A DNA stretch of 64,000 bases from Squalus acanthias (GCA_030390025.1 CM059432.1:5642001-5706000); one strand, 5' to 3'. Shown: positions 49,013 through 62,361, counted from the first letter of the stretch. Numbers and translations are program-made. Notes: generated by a model not told the origin, from the sequence alone.

Positions 49013-50074
49013 GTATTTTCATTGTTCTTCTCAAATCCAAAATAAATATTTAAACATTATCCTCATTTTATTCTGTTCTTCCTGATTCAAGCAGCAATGC
49101 ATCATGCTGCCAGACTTTTGACCTCAACTTTTTTGACACAGTTGCTAGGAGATATACTTCATGATGTGTGATTTAAGAAATAGGAGCAGGAGTAGGCCAT
49201 ACGGCCCCTCGAGCCTGCTCCACCATTCAGTAAGATCAAGGCTGATCTTCGACCTCCACTCCTCTTTCTCGTTCATTCCCCATTTCCCTTGATTCCCTTA
49301 GAGTCCAAAAATCTATCGAGCTCAGTCTTGAATATACCCAACAACTCAGCATCCACAGCCCTCTGGGGTAGAGAAATCCAAAGATTCACAAAGAAATTTC
49401 TCCTCATCTCAGTCCTAAAGGGCTGAACCCTGCATGAACCAGGGTTTACTGGTGTTTACTGCCTCCCCTTGGTGGCCTGATGAAGATTAGAAACTCCGTG
49501 GGGAGTCCCAGATGCACACGCTCGCCCTACTACCTATGTGACATTGTGTGTTAATTCGCCACACAAGTGCACTTAATCCAATCCATACAGCTCCCGGGTA
49601 GTAATAGGACACAGAATTCAGTGCTACTTATACTTTTCACCTCAATCACGGTGATACATTTACTTTTTCTTAACATTCTTTTTTGGCACAAATGAACTTC
49701 AAGCTAAATAAATGGCCTCTTTCTCCCTTGCCCTAGTGCAGAGAGGTTAAAGTGCCTGGGATGCCACCACCGTGAAAAAAATGACTCTTGCCACTCCATT
49801 AAGAGACCTTGCTAGACATGACATTCTCTTACATAAAAACAGAAAATGCTGGAAATACTCAGCAGGTCAGGCAGTATCTGTGGAGAGAGAGAGAGAGAAA
49901 CAGAGTTAACGTTTCAGGTCGATGACCTTTCGTCATTCTCTTGATTTCTCTCCCTTGCTGCTCCACTCTCAAGATAGCTTAATGTCCCAAACCCCTTACC
50001 CCTCTTTGTTTACTGGCCTTTGGAGCAGCATCAAGAGGCCCCCTCCCTCCAAGTTCATAGAGACAATTGGCCTA

Positions 50075-50585
50075 GAATCATAGAAATTTACAGCACAGAA
50101 GGAGGCCATTCGGTCCATTGTGTCTGTGCCAGCCAAAAAAGAGCTATTCAGCCTAATTCCACTTTTCAGCTCTTGGTCCATAGCCCTGTAGGTTACGGAA
50201 CTTCAAGTGTATATCCAAGTACTTTTTAAATGTGATGAGGGTTTCTGCCTCTCCCACTCTTTCAGGCAGTGAGTTCCAGACCCCCACCACCCTCTGGGTG
50301 AAAAAAGTTCTCCTCCACTCCCCTCTAATCCTTCTACCAATTACTTTAAATCTATGCCCCCTGGTTATCGACCCCTCTGCTAGGGGAAATAGGTCCTTCC
50401 TATATGCTCTATCTAGGCCCCCTCATAATTTTATAAACCTCAATCAAGTCTCGCCTCAGCCTCCTCTTCCAAAGAAAACAACCCCAGCCTATCCAATCTT
50501 TCCTCATAGCTAAAATTCCCCAGTCCTGGCAACATCCTCATAAATCTCCCCTGCACCCTCTCTAGTGCAATCACATCTTTCCTCT
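50075..50585 (-). mobile_element. CR1 3' fragment
   Basis: Homologous to 18571-19090. Confidence 0.85.
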
Positions 50586-50655
50586 AATGGCCTTGAAGTA
50601 AAACGTGCGACTCCCTCCAGTTGAGAGACGTTTACTTGTATTAATTGCATTTCTT

Positions 50656-50689
<34 letters not shown>

Positions 50690-51042
50690 ACCCCAATAAG
50701 AGTTTGCTGGTCATGTGGCTCTCTGTATCTGTGTGTATCCCTTTCTTCCCCCCCCCCCCCCCCCCGCCAATCCCACCCCAGTAGTACACTCCAGTTATCC
50801 CCCCATTTTATCTAAACACTGTGTTTGGTCTTGACTCGCCATGTGGCATGCCGCAGGAGGTCAACTAGTTATAGTAATTGAGACCGTTCAACAATTACCT
50901 ATTTGTGAAAATGAACAGATAACAAACTCGTAAACTTTTTTTTATCCTGTCTTGGTTCTCCACTATACGTAAAACCTGTTCTGTGGTGTACTCTTAAATG
51001 TTCTAATGAATAACTGTCCTGCTGATTTTTGTGGTACTACAG

Positions 51043-51230
51043 GTGCTACATTTGCCGCTGTGGCCTGCCTGTCTGGGAAGTGTCAAGGGTCATTGGTTCT
51101 TTACAAGGCAGACCAATATCCTGAGAAGCCACTGGGCCCAGTCACATTCCTGTGGAGGCCTAAAGCACAGACTGAAAGCCATTCTGAAAACAGACAGCTT
51201 TGGATTTGGATGCATCCAGCAGTTAAAATG
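51043..51230 (+). CDS. POP1: POP1 exon 7 (GATFAAVACLSGKCQG...LGPVTFLWRP...RQLWIWMHPAVKM)
   Basis: Acceptor ctacag|, donor ATG|gtaact; 188 nt. Confidence 0.96.
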
Positions 51231-51334
51231 GTAACTACTTTTCACTGTATGCAGTATGCAGTACTCCTATGATGTAGAGATTTACATCATGTGTTAAGGG
51301 AATTTGACAAAAATGTAGCTTTGGGAATATCTGG

Positions 51335-51770
51335 AGAATATGAGGAAAGATTGGATCGGCTGGCGTTGTTTTCTTTGGAACAGAGGAGGCTGAGAGGAGA
51401 CTTAATTGAGGTGTATAAAATTATGAGGGGCCGAGATAGAGTGGATAGGAAGCACCTATTTCCCTTAGCAGGGAGGACAATAACCAGGAGGCATAGAATT
51501 AAAGTAATTGGTAAAAGGATTAGTGGGGAGTTGAGGAGAAACTTTTTCACCCAGAGGGTGGTGGGGGTCTGGAACTCACTGCCTGAAAGGGTGGGAGAGG
51601 CAGAAATCCTCATCACATTTTTAAAAAATTCCTTGGATATGCACTTGAAGTGCTGCAACCTTACAGGGCTACGGACTGAGAGCTGGAAAGTGGGATTAAT
51701 TGGATAGCTCTTTTTCGTCCGGCACAGACACACTGGACCAAATGGCCCCCTTCTGTGCCGTAAACTTCTT
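51335..51770 (+). mobile_element. CR1 3' fragment
   Basis: YEERLDRLALFSLEQRRLRGDLIEVYKIM, FFTQRVVGVWNSLP. Confidence 0.88.
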
Positions 51771-52513
51771 CAACTGAAATTACCGTAAAATAATTTAATT
51801 GATTGCTATAACTTCCAAGAATATTATATAAGGTATGTGACGCCAGCCTGTTGTGCGTTACCCCTCCCTTCGCCCACCATTGTCGTGCCTTCAGCTGACT
51901 AGACTCTACGCACCGGAATTCCTTCTCTTAAACCCCTCTGCTTTTCCACCTCCCTCCCCTAAGACCCTCACAAATACCCACCTGTCGTCCCCGCCCCCCC
52001 CCCAGTCTCTCTTTGGCTCGGCATCCATTTTTTTCCCCCTTGTTGCGCATGTATGAAGCACCATGGGATGGTTTTATATATTAACAGCTCGAAACAAATG
52101 CAAGTTGTTGTATATGGTTTGGAAGCATTTCTAGTGCGGATATAAGGTGCAGTTATATTCGATGTAAAACATCAATGTGGAACGAGCTTCCACCAGGAGT
52201 GTTTGAGGCGAATAGCATAGGTGCATTTAAGGAGAAGCTAAATAAACGCGTGAGGAAGAAAGGAATAGAGGATATGCTGATAGGGTTAGATGAAGAGGGG
52301 TGGGAGGAGGCTCGTGTGGAAAACAAACACCGGCACGGACCAGTTGGTCCGAATGGCCTGTTTCTGTGCTGTGCATTCTATGTCCGGTACAAGTTGTGAG
52401 TAGCTTTCCATTGCCAGCTTGACTCGGTGGTAGCGCTCGGAAGGTCGTGGGTTCAAGCCCCCTCCTTCAGGACGAGTACATAATTGAGACCGACCCTTCA
52501 GTTCAGTAGGTAG

Positions 52514-52644
52514 CAGTGTTTCCCCCTGAGGTGCGCCACCACGCACCAGTTGGCAGGTCCTGCGTAGGCCGCTCGCCAGCTTCTGCCGCTGGAAGATGCC
52601 GTGCTGCAAACGTGCACTTAGACCGCAAATTAGAGGTAACATTG
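52514..52644. mobile_element. hAT-type MITE inside a degenerate SINE
   Basis: TIR CAGTGTT...AACATTG; flanks GTAGGTAG/GTAGGTTG (7/8 TSD). Confidence 0.7.
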
Positions 52645-52861
52645 GTAGGTTGTGCCGCATTTTTTTTTAAATGAGATGTTGAACTGAGGCCCTAGCTGCA
52701 TGTTCAAGTGAACATAAAAGATTACCAGTCAACCAAAAGAAGAAAGAAAGAACTTGCATTTATGAAAATTTACAAACAATTAAGAGGCACGAGCAACGGC
52801 TAAAATATGTTTAAAAAAAAAAATGTTTTCCACAGTATAAGCCATTAGATAAGAATTCTTA

Positions 52862-54882
52862 ACAGCATCTTGTATTTATACAGTGCCTTTAACATAGTAA
52901 AACGTCCCAAGGCGCTTCACACGAGTGTTATAAGACAAAAAATTTGATACCGAGCCACATAAGGAGAAATTAGGGCAGGTGACCAAAAGCTTGGTCAAAG
53001 AGGTAGATTTTAAGGAGCGTCTTAAAGGAGGAGGGAGAGGTAGGGAGGCGGACAGGTTTAGGCAGGGAATTCCAGAGCTTAGGGCCTTGGCAACAGAAGG
53101 CACAGCCACCAATGGTTGAGCGATTATAATCAGGGATGCTCAAGAGGGCAGAATTAGAGGAGCGCAGATATCTCTGGGGAAGGGTGGGGGGGGGGGGGGA
53201 ACTGAAGGAAATTAGAGATAGAGAGGGGCGAGTCCCTGGAGGGAATTGAAAACAAGAATGAGAATTTTGAAATCGAGGCCTTGCTTAACCGGGAGGCAAT
53301 GTAGGTCAGCGAGCACCGGGGTGATGGGTGAACAGGACTTGGTGTGAGTTAGGACATGGGCAGCTGAGCTTTGGATCACCTCAAGTTTACGTAGGGTAGA
53401 ATGTGGGAGGCCAGCCAGGAGTGCGTTGGCATAGTCAAGTCTAGAGGTAACAAAGGCATGGATGAGGGTTTCAGCAGCAGATGAGCTGAGACAAGGGCGG
53501 AGACGGGCGACGTTACGGATGTGGAAATAGGCGGTCTTAGTTATGCCGCGGATATGTGGTCAAAAGCTCATTTCAGGGTCAAATATGACACCAAGGTTGC
53601 GAACAGTCTGGTTCAGCCTCAGACAGATGGTCGGGAGAGGGATGAAGTCAGTGGCTAGGGAACAGAGTTTGTGGCCGAGAGTGAAAACCATGGCTTCGGT
53701 CTTCCCAATATTTAATTGGAGAAAGTTTCTGCTCATCCAGAACTGGATGTCGGACAAGCAGTCTGATAATTTAGAGACCATGGAGGGGTCGAGAGAAGTG
53801 GTAGTGAGGTAGAGCTGGGTGTCATCAGGGTACATGTGGAAAGTGACGCTGTGTTTTCGGATGATGTCGCCAAGTGGCAACATGTAGATGAGAAATAGGA
53901 GGGGGCCAAGGATAGATCCTTGGGGGACATCAGAGGTAACAATGCGGGAGCGGGAAGAGAAGCCGTTGCAGGGGATTCTCTGGCTACGATTAGATAGATA
54001 AGAATGGAACCAGGCGAGTGCAGTCCCACCCAGCTGGACGATGGTGGAGAGGCGTTGGCGAAGGATGGAGTGGTCAACCATGTCAAAGGCTGCAGACAAG
54101 TCAAGAAGGACGAGGAGGGATAGTTTACCTTTGTCACATTCGCAAAGGATGTCATTTGTGACTTTGATGAGAGCTGTTTCGGTACTGTGGCAAGGGCGGA
54201 AACCTGATTGGAGGGATTCAAACATGGAGTTGTGGGAAAGATGGGCACGGATTTGGGAGGCAACAACACATTCAAGGATTTTGGAGTGGAAAGGGAGGTT
54301 GAAGATGGGGCGGTAGTTTGCAAGGACGGAGGGTCAAGGGTTGTTTTTTTGAGGAGAGGGGTAATGATTGCAGATTTGAAGCAGAGGGAGACAGTACCAG
54401 AGGAGAGAGAACCGTTAACAATGTCAGCTAACATGGGAGCCAGAAAAGGAAGTTGGGTGGTCAGCAGTTTGGTGGGAATAGGGTCGAGGGAGCAGGAAGT
54501 GGGTCTCATGGACAAGATGAGCGTGGAGAGGTCATATGGGGAGATCTGAGAGAAACTGGAGAAAGATGTGATTTCAGGGCTAGGGCAGGGGGGAACCTTA
54601 GAGGAAGTTTGGCCCGGTGGGCTAGGGGAAGGAAGGGAAGTAGCAGAGGCAGCTGAACGGATGGTCTTAATCTTGGAGACAAAGAAGTCCATGAGCTCCT
54701 CACACTTGTTGTCGGAGGCGAGGGTGAAGGAGACAGGGGAGAGGGGTTTAAGAAGATGGTTAACAGTGGAGAATAGAAGCCGGGGTTTATCTTTGCATTC
54801 CAGAATGATTCTGGAATAGTGAGCAATTTTGGCAGACGAGAGCAGGACCCGATAATGCTTTATGTGGTCCAGCCAGATCTCA
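52862..54882 (-). mobile_element. L2 LINE, ~2 kb 5'-truncated, RT domain frameshifted
   Basis: CSLDPIP, QSGFRPCHSTETAL, LLDLSAAFD, VPQGSILGPLLF, HMYPDDTQLY, LQLNIGKTE, plus the L2 3' tail. Confidence 0.92.
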
Positions 54883-54885
54883 TCA

Positions 54886-57495
54886 AACTGGGAAAACATT
54901 GGTGGGAGTTGTTTATAGGTGCCAAAACAGTAGTTGTAATGTAGTATAAATCAGGAAATTAGAGGCGCATGTAACCAGGGTAATACAGTAATCATGGGGG
55001 ACTTTAATCTACATATAGACTGGGCAAACCAAATTTGCAGTAATAGTGTGGAGGACGAATTCATGGAATTTATACAAGATAGTTTTCGAGATCAGTATGT
55101 TGAAGAACCTAACTAGGGAACAGGCTATTTTAGATCTAGTATTGTGAAATGAGAAAGGGTTAATTAATAACCTTGTAGTAAAGGGGCCCTTGGGGAAGAG
55201 TGACCATAATATGATTTTATATTAAGTTTGAAAGTGATTTAGTTAAATCTGAAACTAGGATCTTAAATCTAAACAAAGCAAACTATGTAGGTATGAGGGG
55301 CGAGTTGGCTAAGGTAGATTGGGAAACTACATTAAAAGGTATGACGGTAGACAAGCAATGGCTAGCATTTAAAGAATGAATACATAATTTACAACAAATA
55401 TATATTCCTTTTAAGGCACAAAAACCCCACAGGAAATGTGGTCCAACCGTGGCTAACCAGAGAAGTTAGATAGTATTAAATCAAAGGAAGAGGCTTATAA
55501 TATTGCCAGAAAGAGCAGTAAGCCTGAGGATTGGGAGGATTTTAGAATTCAGCAAAGGAGGACCAAGAAATTGATAAAGAAAGGGAAAATAGGATATGAG
55601 AGTAAACTAGCGAGAGACATAAAAACAGACTGTAAAAGCTCGTTTGGTATGTAAAAAGGAGAAGATTAGCGAAAGTAAATGTGAGTCCCTTACAGGCTGA
55701 GACAGGAGAAATTATAATGGGGAATAAGGAAGTGACAGAGAAATTAAACAAATACTTTCTGTCTGTCTTCACGAAAGAAGACGCAAAAGACTTCCCGGAA
55801 ATAGTGGAGAACCAAGGGTCTAGTGAGAATGAGGAACTGAAAGAAATTAGTATTAGTAAAAAAATAGTACTGGAGAAATTAATGGGACTGAAAGCTGATA
55901 AATCCCCTGGAACTGATGGCCTACATCCTAGGGTTTTGAAAGAGGTGGCTATAGAGATTGGTTGGTTGGTTGTCATTTTCCAAAATTCCATAGATTCTAG
56001 AACGGTTCCCTCGGATTGGAAGGTAGCAAATGTAACCCCACTATTTAAGAAAGGAGGGAGAGAGAAAACAGGGAACTACAGACCAGTTAGCCTGACATCA
56101 GTAGTAGGGAAAATGCTAGAATCTATTATTAAGGATGTGGTAAAAGGGCATTTAGAAAATAATAATAGGATTGGGCAGAGTCAGCATGGATTTATGAAAG
56201 GGAAATCATGTTTGACGAATCTGTTAGAATTTTTTGAGGTTGTAACTAGCTGAATAGATGAGGGGGAACCAGTGGGTGTGGTGTATTTGGATTTTCAGAA
56301 GGCATTCGATAAGGTGCCTCACGAGGTTATTAAACATAATTAGGGCTCATGGGATTGGGAGTAATATACTAGCATGGATTGAGGATTGGTTAATGGACAG
56401 AAAACAAGAGTAGGAATAAACTAGTCATTTTCGGGTTGGCAGGCTGTAACTAGTGGGGTACAGTAAGGATCAGTGCTTGGGCCTCAGCAATTCACAATCT
56501 ACATCAATGATTTGAATGAGGGGACCAAATGTAATATATCCAAGTTTGCTGATGATACATAGCTAGGTGGGAATGTAATTTGTGAAGAGGAATCAAAGAG
56601 GCTTCAAGGGGATATAGACAGGCTAAGTGAGTGGGCAAGAACATGGCAAATGGAATGGAATGTGGAGAAATATGAAGTTATCCACTTTGGTAGGAAAAAT
56701 AGAAAAGCAGAGTATTTTTTAAATGGTGAGAGATTGGGAAATGTTGGTGTTCAGATGGACCTGGGTGTCAAACATGATTTCCCTTTCATAATCACTGAAA
56801 GTTAACATGCAGGTACAGCAAGCAATTAGGAAAGCAAATGGTATGATGGCCTTTATTACAAGAGGATTTGGTATCAGAGTAAAGACATCTTACTGCAATT
56901 ATATAGGGCCCTGGTGAGACCACACCTGGAGTATTGTGCACAGTTTTGGTCTCCTTACCTAAGGAAGGATATACTTGCCATAGAGGGAGTGCAACAAAGG
57001 TTCACCAGACTGATTCCTGGGATGGGGAGATTGCCCTATGAGGAGAGATTGAGTAGACTAAGCCTATATTCTCTGGAGTTTAGAAGAATGAGAGGTGATT
57101 TCATTGAAACATACAAAATTCTTACAGGGCTTGACAGGGTAGATGCAGGGAGGATGTTTCCCCTGGCTGGGGAATCTAGAACCAGGGGGTCACAGTCTCA
57201 GCATTATCAGCATTATCTCAGCATTCGGCCATTTAGGACTGAGATGAGGAGAAATTTCTTCACTCGGAGGGTGGCGAATCTTTAGAATTCTCTACCCCAG
57301 AGGGCTGTGGATGCTCAGTCGTTGAGTATAACCAAGACAGAGATCAATAGATTTTTGGATATTAAGGGAATCAAGGGATATGGGGATAGTGCAGGAAAGT
57401 GGAGTTGAAGTAGAAGATCAGCCATATGATCTTATTGAATGGCGGAGCAGGCTCAAAGGGCCAAGTGGCCTACTCCTAATTCTTAAATTCTTATT
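54886..57495 (+). mobile_element. CR1 LINE, ~2.6 kb (endonuclease C-terminus to tail), many stops
   Basis: [52 protein letters not shown]. Confidence 0.92.
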
Positions 57496-58263
57496 TTAAG
57501 GTTATTTTTGTGTTGCTGGAAGGGACAGATGTTTGCACCAGGAACAGAGGATATTATCATAAACTACTAAGGAAAAAGAAGGAAGGTTTTGGGAAGGGAA
57601 GATTTAACAAAGTATTTGTATTTTACGCAAATACTGGATAGAAGGAGAGCAAAAAATATAAATAACTGTAAATAAGGGGCTTTGGGGAGAGAAGAACAGA
57701 AGTTTAGTTGCACCTTAAATTTTGTAGAACAGTACATAAATATATGTGAGGTTTGTAACTTTTCAGCATCAGTAAGGTGTGTAATAAATCTTGGGTTACT
57801 GCTTTTCGCAGCCTTGTGCAGATTTGGACATGTCATCGTAACTCTTCCTAAATTTCAACATGCTGAATACCAAGTGCCATCTGATTGGTGGTTCCTTTCT
57901 CATGTGTAACCTCCAAACTCTCTCTATTTAATACAATAATATATTATCTCTCTCCTGCTGAATCAGGAGATATTAAACTTTACATTTATTTTTAATTGCA
58001 AAGTTTAAATATTAATTGTTTTGGCCCCTTTTAATTCATGTGATCTATTGCTTCAGTGTATTTGCTGCAGGAATATTTCCTCCTGAAGAACGAAGATAAC
58101 GGAGGAGGATTTCATATGGTGTCGTCCTGTAACTGAGAATGACCTCATGCTGGATGGCAAACCCGGCTGGAGTAATTCTCAGTGCATCTGCACCCGCTGT
58201 GAACTTGTTGCAAAAGACCTCGTATCTATATTTGCATTTATAATTGTACTTTGTTTTCTTTAG

Positions 58264-58502
58264 GATGTATTAACTGAGCTTCAGTTAGTCTGTCAATGTT
58301 TGGATGTCCCTTTACCTGAACCAGCTCCTAGTGAATGTAAAGCTATAACAGAAAAAGAGGCCAAAGTAGTTGGCTTGAAAAGAAAACTGCAGGATAAAGC
58401 TGGAGAGGAGGTCATTCCCGAGAAAAAGATTATAGGCGATGGTACCAGAGATCCATTGAAAACAGTGTCTTGGACATCATTAACTACCGGCATTGTCATA
58501 GA
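58264..58502 (+). CDS. POP1: POP1 exon 8 (DVLTELQLVCQC...KKIIGDGTRDP...TTGIVI)
   Basis: Acceptor ttctttag|, donor GA|gtgagt; 239 nt, phase 2. Confidence 0.95.
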
Positions 58503-59249
58503 GTGAGTATCCTATCTTTATGGAGGATGAGCACGGCTAGAAACCTACATGTTAATGACTAGTCAGATGGCATTGTTGACATTACCAGAAATGGACCAGT
58601 GCGGACTGCTTGTTGCCACACCAGATGCTTCTATTATTCTGGGTCCCCAATTCAGACATCCCAAGCGTGACTTCTGACATGTGAAATTGCGTAACTAGGT
58701 TTGTGGGATGCTTTATTATTAGAAATGGCACAGCTGAGTTTTGCAAGCTCCATTCAGCTCAAACTCCAAAGCACTCGATTCACAACACATTTGCTGCTAT
58801 ATGGAAAAACAACTCCGTATTCAGAGGGCCTTATGAGCTCCAAAATGCGTGGCTAAATTTGCTCTGTAGTACTAGAATTCAGCTTTTGAGTGTGCACTGA
58901 ATGAAAGTTTAGATTCTTAAGGTTGGCATTCTCTTGCGATCAGAGCAAATTATAATGCCACCTTTCTCAAAGGGGCCATACGTATGCATTAAGTACATTC
59001 ATTCTGATTGGCCAGAATGTGCCTGAAAAATCACTGGAGCAAAGGCGTAATCTTGTATCAAGTGGCAGAAAGCTTTTGCATAAAGTTTCCTGCTTTGATA
59101 GCTTGGAGAACTGTGAGAATGTAACCGCAGAATAAAAATATCCTTTCTCTGATCTTTATCAGTGCAGGCTAGATTTGAATCCAGAAATGCGAGTTGGCAG
59201 AATAGTTTTCCAATCCACTTTGCCGCTCAGTTTCCCAAACTCTACCACT

Positions 59250-60552
59250 ACAAAAGCAAAATACTGCGGATGCTGGAAATCTGAAATAAAAACAGAAAAT
59301 TCTGGAAATACTCAGCAGGTCAGACAGCATCTGTGGAGGAAACGTGGAGTTTCTCTCTCCACAGATGCTGCCTGACCTGCTGAGTATTTCCAGCATTTTC
59401 TGTTTTTATTTCATATTTCCAGCACCCGCAGTGTTTTGTTTTTATATTAGTGTTTAATTCACTGCCACTTCTCTTCTAGGAATGCCCATCTTGAAGTTCT
59501 GCTCTTCTCCGACGGGATTTCAGTTTGTCTCTTTTACCTTGTTCATCCTCATTGCTTTCTGTTTCCCTTCTCGTGTTTGCTCAGGTATCTACCAAAGCTC
59601 GCTTTCACAGCCACATCTCTTTCCGCCACATCTCTTTCCGCCACATCTCTTTCCGCCACATCTCTTTCCGCCACATCTCTTTCCGCCACATCTCTTTCCG
59701 CCACATCTCTTTCCGCCACATCTCTTTCCTCAACATCTGTCTCCGGCTCCGACATATTCCACGTGGATTCCAACTGAAATTCCACCCTGCATGTTTCGGA
59801 TCCACCCAGGATTACAGATATCTCCAAGATATTTAGCTTTCCTCGAACCACTGCTCTCGCTGCAGCCTGAGATCCACGCTCAACGCCATGCACCGCCACA
59901 TGAACACTCTCAACCTCTCTCTTCAGCAGCACTGACTCACTCTATCTCAAAGCTGTCCAGGTCCGCAGTTCCATTTCATCCTGCGCCTCATCCGGCACTT
60001 CAACAAAATACTTTTTTTCGTCCTTTCTGGTGTCCAGGATCGCAAGCCTCAACAACTCTTGGACACCAACGCCCCTCCAGAACCTTCTTCCCCCCGCCAC
60101 TTTCCTCTGACCCTATCCCTTCTTCCAATCTCACCCATTGCCGTGTTTTCACTATCCCCTTTCTGACCCTGAACGATCAGCCATCAGCAAAGGCCTGAGC
60201 TTCATCCCCCTCAATGAATTTCGAGCTCGGCACGACGCTGAGCTCTTTTTTCCATTGACTTTGTCTCTGTGCCCACTTCTTTGGCCAGAAGTCGTCTCCC
60301 CCCCGCACAGCGGATCCTTTCTCCCGTTTTTCAGAATCCTCATTCTACCTGGACCCCTCCCTCTGGCCTCTTGCTCTCTCTGGATCTTTTCATTGCGAAG
60401 TGCCGGCGTGACATCGGCCGTCTCAATTTCTCTGCTCCCCTCACTCCAACCTACCTCCCCAGTTCTAACGAAAGGTCATCGACCGAAACGTTAACTCTGT
60501 TTCTCTCTCGCCACAGATGCTGCCTGACCTGCTGAGTATTTTCTGTTTTTAT
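59250..60552 (+). mobile_element. Internally deleted Penelope-like element: inverted 5' terminal repeat, ORF N-terminal remnant, 3' terminal repeat
   Basis: Terminal units at 59250-59340(-), 59350-59445(+) and 60461-60552(+). Remnant peptides HISFLNICLRLRHIPRGFQLKF, LSDPERSAISKGLSFIP (SKGLxF motif of PLE ORFs) and STWTPPSG..LDLFI. Confidence 0.75.
59611..59730 (+). repeat. 15-bp minisatellite (CCACATCTCTTTCCG) x8
   Basis: Seven identical units plus an eighth ending in T. Confidence 0.98.
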
Positions 60553-61306
60553 CCCACGCTCCACCATTGTGTTCTCGTGCACCGGTGCCAAAATACATTG
60601 GGCTGCTGATATTTGAGAGTTAGATCCGTGTTGGCTATCTGATGCTGTTAAGTTGTAGAAAGACTTCTTATAACTCAAAGGAAGGCTGGATCAAGGTCTT
60701 TTTTGCTGCTGGTTTATGGATTATCTCGTTGACTTTAATCTTCCCTTACTACCCTTTATATATCAATTCATCCTCAGTGATGCCTCTATAGGATGCTCAT
60801 GTCATAGAAGCAATGATACTTATCCACGCACCTCAGTTTAGGTGAGCTGCTGCTGTGTTCACTTGAGTGCTGTTGCTAATCTGCAACTGAATCTTTCTTG
60901 GCCTTTCTCTACCTTCATGCTCTCCTTCAGGTAAATACTTTGTGGCATTTTCAGATCATGAAAGAACAAAAATACAAAAACAGTTGACATAGGTATTTAA
61001 TTTGCACAAAAGGAATAATACCAAACATGAGGGATACCTGTGAGGAGAAAAGTACATTACAGCAGTGACTGCACTTCAAAAAGTACCTCATTGGCTGTAC
61101 AACGCTTTAGGACATCTTGAAATTGTGACAGGTGCTATAGAAATGCAAGTTCATTCTTTCGTTCATTTTTTTTCTCTCTTTCTTCCTTTCTTATAAATTG
61201 GTGGTGTTTGAGGAAGAAGGGCATCATCTTAACATAAGTGAATAGGTTTATTGTATGCGATTGCTCTGTTTCATACTACATAACTTGTGGGATCATCTTG
61301 TTTCAG

Positions 61307-61400
61307 AGATCTGACCATGGAAATCCTGAGGTATCGGCTGATTGGCCCTCTATCCCACTGTGTGATACCTGAAGCTTTGCAAGCTGCTGCTGTCCTGGAA
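61307..61400 (+). CDS. POP1: POP1 exon 9 ([32 protein letters not shown])
   Basis: Acceptor gtttcag|, donor GAA|gtgagt; 94 nt. Confidence 0.95.
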
Positions 61401-62324
61401 GTGAGTCTTTTCTTTTGAGTCATCCTGTTGTGCAGTAATGAAAGATTCACCACAGCCTCAAACAGTTAGGCAGTGCATTAATTATAATTGAGTGTTTAAT
61501 ACTTGGCTCTCTTTTCCTGAGTGCCTGTGCCACCAGTAAACCTGCAGGTCCAATGCTGCTATTCACTTGTAGCTGAGCGAAATGGTTATGCATTACTATG
61601 CTAGTTGAGTCAGTTTTTAAGATAAAAGTGTAGTGTCCCAGCATGAGCATTGTGACCATGTAGCACTTCAATAAGTTATTACAGTACAATAACAGAAGAA
61701 CAAAAGAAATAAGAGCAGAACGAGGCCATACGGCCCCTCGAGCCTGCTCCGCCATTCAATAAGATCCTGGCTGATCTTCTGCCTCAACTCCACTTTCCCG
61801 CCCTATCCCTTGATTCCCTTAGTGTCCAAAAATCTGACAATTTGCTTCTACATCATCATGTCTGGGGCGAAATCACACTTTCCAATATTTGAAGAAGGTA
61901 CTAACCTGTTCAAAATAAACAGATGAATACTTTTGGTAAATTAGTGACCAGAGGCATTTTGTGTGAATGCTTAATTACCTCACAGCATGATTTCAATCCC
62001 TCAACAAATATTGCTGACTCTTGCTCCCATTAGTCAGCTCCTACTTGCTGTTTAGGTCCCTTGGTCCTGTCGCTAGAATGTGAAATGAAAGGTACTATTT
62101 AAAAAAGAATTTTGACTAGTTTTGTGCATGCAGCGTAGAATTTTAAAAAAGTGTGTTGCAGCCTTGTAAATATAACACGATAGCGAAATACTGCGGATGC
62201 TGGAAATCTGAAATAAAAACAGAAAACGCTGGACACGCGCAACAGGTCAGGCAGCATTAAGGTTTCGGGTCAATGACCTTGCGTCAGAACTGGTAAAAGT
62301 TAGAGAGATCCCTATCGTTTTTCC

Positions 62325-62361
62325 AGTTCTGACGAAAGGTCATCAACCTGAAACGTTAACT
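62325..62361 (+). ncRNA. Minimal hammerhead ribozyme motif (one stem II mismatch)
   Basis: AGTT-CTGACGA-A-AGGTC-ATC-AACCT-GAAA-CG-TT-AACT. Confidence 0.65.

Larger units (their letters stand above)
38781..61400 (+). other. POP1: POP1 gene span (RNase P/MRP protein subunit POP1), 5' part: 8 coding exons, 456 codons; gene continues beyond the window
   Basis: Exon lengths 169+168+173+249+88+188+239+94 = 1368 nt, all GT-AG and in phase. Contains POP1 signatures [28 protein letters not shown] and GPLSH. Confidence 0.96.

Noticed and set aside
50657..50765. Long poly-C tracts as G-quadruplex elements
   Set aside because: Homopolymers are common in this window and their length is error-prone; no specific evidence of function.
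59611..59730. CRISPR-like array
   Set aside because: Head-to-tail 15-mers without spacers, in a eukaryotic intron; a simple minisatellite.
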